Source: an uncultured Candidatus Saccharibacteria bacterium (GTDB lineage: Bacteria; Patescibacteriota; Minisyncoccia; Phycocordibacterales; 2-02-FULL-43-11). From it: a stretch of 37,862 nucleotides of DNA. The notes beneath the pieces were generated by a model. It did no database searches and had not been told where the DNA came from. It saw nothing but the letters and a program-made list of their open reading frames with translations. The DNA is taken from NCBI GenBank assembly GCA_964348785.1, contig CAYGDO010000006.1, positions 14,055 to 51,916 of the forward strand. The letters are read 5' to 3'. Shown piece by piece: positions 18,958-26,686 of the stretch; position 1 is the stretch's first letter; every line of letters begins with the position of its first letter. A program made the translations under genes and the position numbers.

Positions 18958-19470
18958 CTACTGCCGTTCCTGATTGCGAGGTTTGATGAAAACAAACCGA
19001 TCATGAGAAAGATGGAAGCGCCCAGGGTGTCCTTCCGTTACTCTCAAGCTGAGCTTACTTTCTCCTTCACAGTGAAATATGAAGTGTTCAGTACCTCCTA
19101 AACGCCCTCCTGACCAAAAAGTGATGGCGCTCATGGCGATATTGTAACGTTCCCCCTTTGACTCATACTGAAGACACAACTGTGGACCCACTTCCATGGG
19201 ACAAAGTCTAAAGCCAAGCTCTGGCGCACGACCGTAAATCGTATCAAGAGTGGCTCCATTTTTGAAACCCAACTCTTCAACTGATGGTCTTACAAGATCG
19301 ACCTCTTTTTCCTGAGTCGCAACAATAAGATTACATCGACCGAATATGTCATTGGCATAGCCTCGGATATGCGTCCCATTTTTTTTCATTGCGTTTCGAA
19401 ACTCCTCAACTGTTTTGAGACCTGTTCCGAGCCTGATGGTTTTCCATACTGTCGTGATATTCCTGTTCAT
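18958..19470 (-). CDS. Hypothetical protein with LGF...LCPxEVGPQLxLQY motif
   Basis: ORF track; start MNRNITT preceded by purine-rich gaaggga (alternative start 19515); visibly higher GC than neighbours. Confidence 0.75.
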   Translation of the reverse strand: MNRNITTVWKTIRLGTGLKTVEEFRNAMKKNGTHIRGYANDIFGRCNLIVATQEKEVDLVRPSVEELGFKNGATLDTIYGRAPELGFRLCPMEVGPQLCLQYESKGERYNIAMSAITFWSGGRLGGTEHFIFHCEGESKLSLRVTEGHPGRFHLSHDRFVFIKPRNQERQ

Positions 19471-19507
19471 GTGGTTTCCCTTCGTTTGGTTGGTTGTGTT
19501 GGTTTGT

Positions 19508-19630
19508 GTGGTCATAGCCAGGAAGTCTCGATTTTCGAGGCCTTTTGGCTATGACCACATTCGCAAGCAGGTTATCAATGAACTACTTATCTTCTGCTAT
19601 AAGTATAGCATATTAGATACACATTGTCAA
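19508..19630 (-). promoter_or_regulatory. Consensus promoter, boxA-like element and 13-bp leader hairpin
   Basis: TTGACA(19630)-17 nt-TATACT(19607); GTTCATTGA at 19583-19575; inverted repeat gtggtcatagcca/tggctatgaccac at 19508-19558. Confidence 0.6.
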
Positions 19631-19748
19631 TATATATCCACTAACCAATCACTAAAATACCTATATTTAGCAATGGGATTATACATATCAACATATTATT
19701 GTGGAAAACTATTGACACAAATAGGCTTTTGGGTATATACTTACCTGT

Positions 19749-20549
19749 ATGGAAAATAAACATATACAATTAAAAATAAGTCTCCAGTCCTTTGGTTTCA
19801 GCGAAAAAGAGGCTGATGTGTATATTGCCCTACTAGAATTAGGCAAAGGTGCTGTTTCTAAAATCTCACAACAGGCAGGCATAAACCGAACCACGGGCTA
19901 TGATATTTTGGGTTCGCTAGTGAACAAAAAGGTTGTGAGTGTTTCTGGTAAAGAACCGAAGCAAGAGTATGTAGCTGAATCACCAGTGGCTATTACTGAA
20001 TACCTAAAGAGACGAGTCTCCCAGACTGAAGAACATATAAAGCAGGCTGATAAAATTGTGCCTGAATTAACACTGCTTCACGCACTCAAGAATCGTCCCA
20101 AGATTCGTTTTTATGAGGGTACTGATGGGCTTGAGCATGTATATGAAGACACCCTGACTAGCTCTGAATCAATTCGTGCTTATGCAACGGTAGATGACAT
20201 GCACAAGGCACTCCCAAATTACTTTCCGAAATACTATAAGCGTCGTGCTGATAAAAATATTTCAATTAGAGCAATCGCACCAGAAACACCCATGGGTCAT
20301 GATCGAAAAACTCATGATACCGAAGAAAAAAGAGAGATCGCCTTTGTTCCAGCTGATAAATACTATTTTTCGCCTGAAATAAACATTTATGATAATAAAA
20401 TAATGATTGCTTCATGGCGTGAAAAATTGGGAGTAATCATTGAAAGTGCTGAAATTGCTGATGCCATGAAAAAAATCTACGAACTTGCTTGGGCAGAAGC
20501 AAAACGACTAGATGAAAAATTAAGATCATCTAAATCTCAATCTGAATAA
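19749..20549 (+). CDS. TrmB-family transcriptional regulator
   Basis: GFSEKEADVYIALLELG..ISQQAGINRTTGYDIL HTH, PKIRFYEG, EINIYDNKI; promoter TTGACA(19712)-18 nt-TATACT(19736). Confidence 0.9.
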   Translation: MENKHIQLKISLQSFGFSEKEADVYIALLELGKGAVSKISQQAGINRTTGYDILGSLVNKKVVSVSGKEPKQEYVAESPVAITEYLKRRVSQTEEHIKQADKIVPELTLLHALKNRPKIRFYEGTDGLEHVYEDTLTSSESIRAYATVDDMHKALPNYFPKYYKRRADKNISIRAIAPETPMGHDRKTHDTEEKREIAFVPADKYYFSPEINIYDNKIMIASWREKLGVIIESAEIADAMKKIYELAWAEAKRLDEKLRSSKSQSE

Positions 20550-20564
20550 TCTGCAATATAAACG

Positions 20565-20740
20565 ATGCGGGATAGGAGAATCTCCTTCGACTTAAAGCTC
20601 ACCGTCGCTCGCTTTAGTCTAGGCACCGGCTCGCCCGTTTTTTCTTCTGAAAAAACATGGCTCCGCCGTTCGATTCTCCACGCAAGCCAAGCAGTTGGCT
20701 TGCTTATCCTCGCAAAATATATTCGCAAGCTCATTATTTA
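20565..20740 (-). mobile_element. tRNA-Gly(TCC)-linked structured mini-element, copy 1
   Basis: 18-bp direct repeat atgcgggataggagaatc at 20565 and 20740; homologous to 22081-22231; mobility is inferred, not shown. Confidence 0.65.
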
Positions 20741-20811
20741 TGCGGGATAGGAGAATCGAACTCCTGACCACGGTTTGGAAAACCGTTATTATACCATTTA
20801 ACTAATCCCGC
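20741..20811 (-). tRNA. tRNA-Gly(TCC), CCA not encoded
   Basis: gcgggat...acggt-tt-TCC-aa-accgt...ggagttcgattctcc-tatcccgca cloverleaf. Confidence 0.97.
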
Positions 20812-20841
20812 TCTTTTTACTAACAACAGATATTACCAAAC

Positions 20842-20870
20842 ATAAAAAGCCCAGACAATGGGCCTTTTAT
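20842..20870 (-). terminator. Terminator after the Cys-rich micro-ORF
   Basis: Minus strand ataaaaggccca-ttgtc-tgggctttttat. Confidence 0.7.
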
Positions 20871-20881
20871 GTTCTAACGTT

Positions 20882-20941
20882 TTAATCCTCACAGGTACAA
20901 GGGTTATTTCCACAAGTACCGCACTTCCCTTCTTCGCTCAT
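20882..20941 (-). CDS. 19-aa Cys-rich micropeptide (metallothionein-like)
   Basis: MSEEGKCGTCGNNPCTCED*; lies between the RNHCP gene and a terminator. Confidence 0.5.
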   Translation of the reverse strand: MSEEGKCGTCGNNPCTCED

Positions 20942-20987
20942 ATTTTTAAAAATTGTTTTTTAAAAAAGACTTTTTCACAATAATTAT

Positions 20988-21293
20988 CTAACAAATTAAT
21001 CTTTTAGACAAATTGATTACCTGCTCAAAATTATCATCCTTCAAAACGCCATTTCTCCTTTGGAAACCGCATTTCTGACATTTTTGTCGTACAAAGTATT
21101 TATCACCATCTTTTTCTATAGCTATTGGAGTCATCATACCCTCACAAAGAGATTCTCGATCACCAGGGTTTACATCAACGTGTTTTGACCAAAGACACTC
21201 TGGACAATGATTTGTGTAACCATTGCCAACAACCTCGAAACCACAGTGTTCGCATTTAAAATTTTCTATATTCCTAGTAAATTTTTTAGACAT
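20988..21293 (-). CDS. RNHCP-domain zinc-ribbon protein
   Basis: FKCEHCG..YTNHCPECLWSKHVD.NPGDR...C.G.M.P...CQKCG. Confidence 0.9.
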   Translation of the reverse strand: MSKKFTRNIENFKCEHCGFEVVGNGYTNHCPECLWSKHVDVNPGDRESLCEGMMTPIAIEKDGDKYFVRQKCQKCGFQRRNGVLKDDNFEQVINLSKRLIC

Positions 21294-21371
21294 AAAGTGT
21301 TACACATGTAACATATATTGCAGATGGGCGTCCTCTGCAATTCCATTTTACTTTTAAATTAGCTTCTCTAT

Positions 21372-21442
21372 TCGGGGCGCCGAGAATCGAACTCGGACAT
21401 CATGCTCCCAAAGCATGCATACTACCACTATACTACGCCCCG
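21372..21442 (-). tRNA. tRNA-Pro(TGG), CCA not encoded
   Basis: cggggcg...catgc-tt-TGG-ga-gcatg...ccgagttcgattctcgg-cgccccga. Confidence 0.97.
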
Positions 21443-21505
21443 ATAAACCCTAATACTCTAACACAATCCATAAAAGACAAAAAATGTCCTTTAGATTGTC
21501 TTTTA

Positions 21506-21919
21506 TTAAATAACCTCATTTTCTATAAATTTAATCCTTGCTACCTTTTTAGCCTGATCAATAGTAACCGCCAGGACATTAAAATCCCAAACTGTTTCAT
21601 CTGAAACACTCCTGTCAATCAAATAGCTCTGTATTACCCTAGCCATTTTTTTCAGTTTTAGACGATCTACCCTCTCTTCTGGCCTAAATGATGATGTTTC
21701 GTGTGTAACTTTTGAACTAATCGTTTCATCTGAAACACTTTTAACCTCAAAAAAGGATAGGTTTTTGCCTTTTGTGGCCACAATGTCAATTTCACCCCAT
21801 TTCTCTCTATAATTACGATCAACTATCTTAAAACCTTTATTTAACAAGAATTTACATGCCAAATCCTCACCCAACCTACCAATAAAATTTTTAACTTTTA
21901 ATTTTTTTCTTTCTTTCAC
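21506..21919 (-). CDS. yraN: YraN/UPF0102 PD-(D/E)xK nuclease family protein
   Basis: IGRLGEDLACKFL..KGFKIVDRNYREKWGEIDIVA...FFEVK; GTG 21919 or 21967 as start. Confidence 0.9.
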   Translation of the reverse strand: MKERKKLKVKNFIGRLGEDLACKFLLNKGFKIVDRNYREKWGEIDIVATKGKNLSFFEVKSVSDETISSKVTHETSSFRPEERVDRLKLKKMARVIQSYLIDRSVSDETVWDFNVLAVTIDQAKKVARIKFIENEVI

Positions 21920-22080
21920 GTGAAACAAATACTGTCTTTTTACATAAAAGACAGGTCTTTTATACACTAATCCACTTTTTTATCCCCAGTTTCTTCTTAT
22001 TTTCTCCAAAATCAGAAAGAGGTCTTAAATAAATCTTCTTCATGGCAACTCAAGTTCTTTTCTTTTATAAAAGGACAAAA

Positions 22081-22231
22081 CGGTGCGGGTATGGAGAATC
22101 GGCTTCGACTCGAGCCTCGTCAGTCACTCATCTCGGTCTAGCCACCATCTCGCGGTCTCACAAGCTTGCTCGACATCGCTCTGATGTTCGATTCTCCAAC
22201 AACAAGCTAATAAATTAGCTTGTTTGACCGG
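22081..22231 (-). mobile_element. tRNA-Gly(GCC)-linked structured mini-element, copy 2
   Basis: 21-bp direct repeat cggtgcgggtatggagaatcg at 22081 and 22229; homologous to 20565-20740; mobility is inferred. Confidence 0.65.
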
Positions 22232-22302
22232 TGCGGGTATGGAGAATCGAACTCCAACCTGTTCCTTGGCAAGGAACCGTCCTACCACTAAACGATACCC
22301 GC
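22232..22302 (-). tRNA. tRNA-Gly(GCC), CCA not encoded
   Basis: gcgggta...gttcc-tt-GCC-aa-ggaac...ggagttcgattctcc-atacccgca. Confidence 0.97.
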
Positions 22303-22386
22303 TTAACAATTGACAGGAAGCATTATAAATCAAAGATTATAAAATTCAAAATTCGTGAAAATTGGTTAATGGTAATTAATAATTTT

Positions 22387-22461
22387 TGGTGCCCCCGGCA
22401 GGACTTGAACCCGCAATAATGGTTCCGAAGACCATTGTGATATCCATTTCACCACAGGGGC
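22387..22461 (-). tRNA. tRNA-Arg(TCG), CCA encoded
   Basis: gcccctg...atggt-ct-TCG-ga-accat...gcgggttcaagtcctgc-cgggggca-cca. Confidence 0.95.
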
Positions 22462-22521
22462 GATACAAAACAATAATACGTCAAATTGGGCATAATTCAA
22501 AAGATGTAATAAAATCTTATC

Positions 22522-24045
22522 ATGAACAAAAAACAATCCGATGGGGGAATACTAACTTTCCAAATACCGACTGAAATCGCCAATACAGCAAACATCCTGG
22601 AAAAGAATAATTTTGAAGCCTACTTAATCGGTGGATGTGTGAGGGATTTGCTCTTAGGGAGAAAGCCAAAAGATTGGGATATAACGACGAATGCATCTCC
22701 AGAAGAAATAATAAAAATATATCCAGAAACTTTCTATGAAAATGAATACGGGACCGTTGGAGTTGTCAACAAAAACACAGAAGATGAAACTTTAAAAGTG
22801 GTAGAGATAACACCCTTTAGAACTGAGGGTAAATATTCAGACAGTAGGAGACCAGACAATGTCAGTTTTAAAGCAAGCCTAGAGGATGATTTAAAAAGAA
22901 GAGATTTCACCATAAACGCTTTGGCTCTAAAAATAATGGGTTCAGATTCTAAAAAAGGGCTTTATAAAGCCACAATTTTAGATATATTTGGTGGAATAAA
23001 AGATTTAAATAACGGCATAATAAAAGCAGTCGGGGAACCAATAGAAAGATTTGGGGAGGACGCTCTTAGAATAGTAAGGGCAGTAAGAATCGCCACTGAA
23101 TTAGGTTTTTCAATTGAAGAAAAAACTGAATCTGCAATAGGCACGACGGCCGAACTATTAAAAAAAATAGCAATAGAAAGAATTCGTGAGGAATTCATTA
23201 AAATCGTGATGTCAGACAATCCAATGATGGGCTTAAACTTGTGTAGAAAACTTGGGATTATTCGTTTTATTTTACCAGAGTTAGAAGAGGGAATTGGCAT
23301 TGATCAAAATCAAGCCCATTCTTATGATGTCTGGGAACACACTCTTCGGTCATTACAACATGGAGCCGAAAAGAAATGGAGCTTGGACGTACGCCTAGCA
23401 ACCCTTCTGCATGACATAGGAAAACCAGCTACGAGAAAATGGTCTGATGACAAGAAAGACTGGACGTTTTACGGCCACGATCTTGTAGGTTCAAAAATTG
23501 CAAAAAAGGCTTTAACAAGATTACATTTTTCCACCAAAGACATTGAGAAAATATCGACACTAGTTAGGTGGCATATGTTTTTCTCAGATACTGAAATAAT
23601 TACCTTATCAGCAGTCAGAAGAATGATAGCAAGAGTGGGCAAAGAAAATATGGCAGATTTGATGCAACTTAGAATGTGCGACAGGATAGGGACAGGCAGA
23701 CCAAAAGAAAGCCCATACAGACTTAGAAAATACCAATCAATGATTGAAGAAGCGATGAGAGACCCCATATCAGTAGGCATGCTAAAAATTGATGGGTCAA
23801 CCATTATGAAGATAACAAAAATCCAACCGGGACCAAAAATCGGCTATATTCTAAACGCTCTCCTTGAAGAGGTAATTGAAAATCCTTTATTAAATACCGA
23901 AGAAAAATTAGAAAAAATGGCTATAAATATGACTAATTTAAGTGATATCGAATTAAAAAAATTAGGCGAGAAAGCTAAAGAAAATAAAGAAAAAAAAGAG
24001 GAGGCTGAAATTGATTTGATCAGAAAAAAATATTGGGTCAAATAA
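22522..24045 (+). CDS. cca: CCA tRNA nucleotidyltransferase / poly(A) polymerase family with HD domain
   Basis: LIGGCVRDLLLG..KDWDITT, DLKRRDFTINA, RFGEDALRIVRA, LLHDIGK. Confidence 0.92.
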   Translation: MNKKQSDGGILTFQIPTEIANTANILEKNNFEAYLIGGCVRDLLLGRKPKDWDITTNASPEEIIKIYPETFYENEYGTVGVVNKNTEDETLKVVEITPFRTEGKYSDSRRPDNVSFKASLEDDLKRRDFTINALALKIMGSDSKKGLYKATILDIFGGIKDLNNGIIKAVGEPIERFGEDALRIVRAVRIATELGFSIEEKTESAIGTTAELLKKIAIERIREEFIKIVMSDNPMMGLNLCRKLGIIRFILPELEEGIGIDQNQAHSYDVWEHTLRSLQHGAEKKWSLDVRLATLLHDIGKPATRKWSDDKKDWTFYGHDLVGSKIAKKALTRLHFSTKDIEKISTLVRWHMFFSDTEIITLSAVRRMIARVGKENMADLMQLRMCDRIGTGRPKESPYRLRKYQSMIEEAMRDPISVGMLKIDGSTIMKITKIQPGPKIGYILNALLEEVIENPLLNTEEKLEKMAINMTNLSDIELKKLGEKAKENKEKKEEAEIDLIRKKYWVK

Positions 24046-24062
24046 TTAAAAAAATTAGCAAA

Positions 24063-24299
24063 GCAAAACCGCCCTAGTGGCCTATCTAATAAACTGTCCT
24101 TCGAGAGGCCGCCAAAAAGGCGGTTTAAATCGGCATTAGCGGGAAACGCATCATAGGTGAACCCAAATTATATTGCATAATGGATCACCAGGGCGTCCCA
24201 GCCGACAAAAAAGGAGTGAGCTTTAAAAAAGCTCTTGCCTAAACAACTTCTCTCAAAGAACCATTCTTCCCCTTACATCCAGAAGACATAAGAAGAACT
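24063..24299 (-). ncRNA. Orphan structured RNA candidate (~240 nt)
   Basis: GC-rich, no long ORF seen; extended -10 TGCTAAAAT (24314-24306); nested stems gtcggc/gccgat, gggacgc/gcgtttccc, ggtgatcc/gggttcacc, aaaccgcc/ggcggtttt; T-rich 3' end. Confidence 0.5.
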
Positions 24300-24325
24300 A
24301 AGAATATTTTAGCACATAAAGGACA

Positions 24326-24374
24326 TTGTAAAGGACAATATACTGTGGATAACTTTTTACTTTGTCCTTTACAA
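24326..24374. promoter_or_regulatory. 13-bp inverted repeat enclosing a consensus DnaA box
   Basis: ttgtaaaggacaa (24326) / ttgtcctttacaa (24362), with TGTGGATAA at 24344-24352. Confidence 0.55.
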
Positions 24375-24394
24375 AAATACGTTGAAAAATAAAG

Positions 24395-25192
24395 CTATTT
24401 CAACTCCAAAAAAACAGGGCAGTGGTCAGACCCATAAACATCATTTAAAATTCGTGCGGAAATTACTTTATTCTTTATCGATTCCGAAACCAAAAAATAA
24501 TCTATTCTCCAACCAACATTTCTTTCTCTAGAATTTGCCCAATTACTCCACCAAGTATAATGGCCACTTTCTTCTTGAAACATTCGGAAAGTGTCAAAAA
24601 ATCCAGCACTAATAAAATTTTGGAATCCTTCTCGTTCTTCATTTGTAAAACCTTTCAATCCTTCATTTTCTTTTGGACGAGCTAAATCTTTTTCAGTATG
24701 AGCAACATTTAAATCTCCACAAAAAATAACCGGTTTTCTTTCCTCTAATTTCTTAACATAACCTAAAAATGCCTTGTCCCAATGCTTATATCTAAGAGGT
24801 ATTCTAGTTAAATCATCCTTAGCATTAGGTGTATAAACATTCACAATAAAAAAATCTTTATATTCAGCTGTTATAACTCTTCCTTCAGAATTTGTATCAC
24901 CATACTCATCTTTAAAAGGACCAAATTGCTTAACAATTTCTTGTGGAAAATTATTTGAAACACTGACAGGCTTTAATTTAGTAAATATAGCAGTGCCAGA
25001 ATAGCCCTTTTTATCAGCAGAATTCCAATATTCAATATACTCTGGTAAATCTATCACTAATTGATCTTTATTTGCCTTAGTCTCCTGTAAACACAAAATA
25101 TCAGGCTTATATTTCTCAATAAAAGGTAAAAATAAACCCTTATTATTGACCGATCTAATCCCATTAACGTTCCAAGATATTATTTTTGTCAT
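24395..25192 (-). CDS. xth: Exodeoxyribonuclease III
   Basis: ISWNVNGIR, LCLQETK, KGYSGTA, CGDLNVAH, GWRIDYF, GSDHCPV. Confidence 0.97.
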   Translation of the reverse strand: MTKIISWNVNGIRSVNNKGLFLPFIEKYKPDILCLQETKANKDQLVIDLPEYIEYWNSADKKGYSGTAIFTKLKPVSVSNNFPQEIVKQFGPFKDEYGDTNSEGRVITAEYKDFFIVNVYTPNAKDDLTRIPLRYKHWDKAFLGYVKKLEERKPVIFCGDLNVAHTEKDLARPKENEGLKGFTNEEREGFQNFISAGFFDTFRMFQEESGHYTWWSNWANSRERNVGWRIDYFLVSESIKNKVISARILNDVYGSDHCPVFLELK

Positions 25193-25195
25193 ATT

Positions 25196-26122
25196 TTATT
25201 TTCTCTTATTATGAAACTTTTTATGTATTTCACGTAAATGATGGTCTGAAACATGGGTATAAATCTGAGTTGTTGAAATACTAGCATGACCCAAAAGGGC
25301 CTGAACTGAGCGTAAATCTGCGCCATTTTGAAGCAAATCCGTAGCAAAAACGTGTCTTAACGTATGCGGACTGACTTTGCTAGAAATACCAGCTTTTATG
25401 GCATAAAATTTAACAATTCTTTCGACGGACCTTATAGTTAAGGCTTGATTTGTATGATTTTTATAGTTTTCCAGTTTCTCAATTTTTACAAAAAGAGCAT
25501 CATCCATATCCTTTCTGGCAGATAAATATTTTTTAACAGCATCTTTCGCATCTTCAGATATAAAAACAATTCTTATCTTTTCTCCTTTTCCACGAATAGG
25601 CATAGAATCATAGGACAAATCAATATCTCTTTTCAAAGAACAGAGCTCCGAAACACGTAAACCAGTTGAGAATAAAAGCTCTAAAATAGCCTTATCTCTT
25701 AGTGATTTAACACTGTCTCCGTCAGGTGCTTCTAGCAGTCGTGAAAGCTCATTTTGAGTAATAATATCAATAGACCTTTCACCAACTTTCGCAAGCTCAA
25801 TTTGTTCCCCCGCTAATGATTTTATTCCTCTTTTTGCTAAATACTTTAAAAATGCTCGGAGAGCTATCAAATAATAATTTTGAGTTTTTTTCTTTAGAGT
25901 TTCACCGGTAGATTTATTATTACCAGTTGATTGACGGTTGAGCCAAAGGCGATACTCTCTAACCAAATCAGAACTTATTTGAGAAACAAGGGTGATTTTA
26001 GAATACTGGATAAACCTAGACAAATATCTGTCGTAGTTCTCGACAGTTTTAACACTACGTCCCTTTTCTACCTCTATATACTCTAAAAAATGTCTCTTTA
26101 GATTATCAATTTCTGTTGTCAC
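25196..26122 (-). CDS. XerC/XerD-like site-specific tyrosine recombinase
   Basis: LFSTGLRVSEL, GKGEKIR, SPHTLRHVFATDLLQNGADLRSVQALLGHASISTTQIYTHV; catalytic R-K-H-R-H-Y intact. Confidence 0.95.
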   Translation of the reverse strand: MTTEIDNLKRHFLEYIEVEKGRSVKTVENYDRYLSRFIQYSKITLVSQISSDLVREYRLWLNRQSTGNNKSTGETLKKKTQNYYLIALRAFLKYLAKRGIKSLAGEQIELAKVGERSIDIITQNELSRLLEAPDGDSVKSLRDKAILELLFSTGLRVSELCSLKRDIDLSYDSMPIRGKGEKIRIVFISEDAKDAVKKYLSARKDMDDALFVKIEKLENYKNHTNQALTIRSVERIVKFYAIKAGISSKVSPHTLRHVFATDLLQNGADLRSVQALLGHASISTTQIYTHVSDHHLREIHKKFHNKRK

Positions 26123-26268
26123 TTTAATATTTTAATCTTTTTAACAGTGTCGCACAATAAAAAATACGATAAAAAAGAAAAATATAAAAAAATTCAGTAA
26201 ATGTATCCGAGTTTCACCCTATCGTTATAGGCCTTGCGTTTTTCTTCAATTTATGCTAGTATCTGCCC

Positions 26269-26538
26269 ATGGCATTAACCAGAATAAAAAAGGAAAAAGT
26301 TATAAAGGAGTTCGGAATGCATGAAAAAGATACCGGATCACCTGAAGTTCAAGTCTCAGTTCTGTCAAAAAGAATTGATGAATTGGCTAAACATTTAAAG
26401 AAAAACAAAAAAGATGTCCACTCAAGAAGGGGATTATTGCAAATGGTTGCTGATAGACAATCACACCTTAGGTATCTTCAGAAAAATCATCCAAAAAGAT
26501 ACTCTTCTATCATAAAAAAGCTTGATTTGAAAAAATAA
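26269..26538 (+). CDS. rpsO: 30S ribosomal protein S15
   Basis: DTGSPEVQV...HLKKNKKDVHSRRGLLQMV. Confidence 0.98.
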   Translation: MALTRIKKEKVIKEFGMHEKDTGSPEVQVSVLSKRIDELAKHLKKNKKDVHSRRGLLQMVADRQSHLRYLQKNHPKRYSSIIKKLDLKK

Positions 26539-26570
26539 TCTTTTTTTCTTGAACTTTTACAATTTTTACA

Positions 26571-26599
26571 GTACCGCAAAATGCGGTGTTATTGTTTTT
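26571..26599 (+). terminator. Probable rpsO terminator
   Basis: gtaccgca-aaa-tgcggtgt followed by tattgttttt. Confidence 0.55.
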
Positions 26600-26686
26600 G
26601 ATCAATAAAACAACTTTTTATAAATCGTCAGTAATTTAAAATTTAAAAATTAAAAATTTTCATATTTTTCGTTAAAAAACTTATTT

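Larger units (their letters stand above)
21298..21927. promoter_or_regulatory. Cluster of five parS-like 16-bp palindromes
   Basis: tgttacacatgtaaca (21298), tgtttcatctgaaaca (21593), tgtttcgtgtgtaact (21695), cgtttcatctgaaaca (21722), tctttcacgtgaaaca (21912), compared with consensus TGTTTCACGTGAAACA. Confidence 0.75.

Noticed and set aside
20565..20740. tRNA intron or extra tRNA genes in the elements
   Set aside because: The upstream tRNAs are complete, the duplicates lack 5' halves, and I saw no group I/II intron motifs.
22103..22123. Hammerhead-like CTGACGA-stem-GAAG on the minus strand of element copy 2
   Set aside because: GAAG rather than GAAA, no convincing stems I/III, and the CTGANGA core is absent from homologous copy 1.
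20537..22574. ORF-track peptides overlapping tRNAs and elements (20537, 20565, 22124, 22231, 22386)
   Set aside because: Spurious translations of tRNA and structured GC-rich sequence.
25196..26122. Tyrosine recombinase as a prophage/ICE integrase
   Set aside because: Looks like a housekeeping XerC/D, is flanked by xth and rpsO, and has no phage or conjugation genes nearby.
26147..26174. dif-like site upstream of the Xer recombinase
   Set aside because: Only about 7/11 matches per arm to E. coli dif in AT-rich DNA; it overlaps the xer promoter, and the parS cluster argues for an origin-proximal location.
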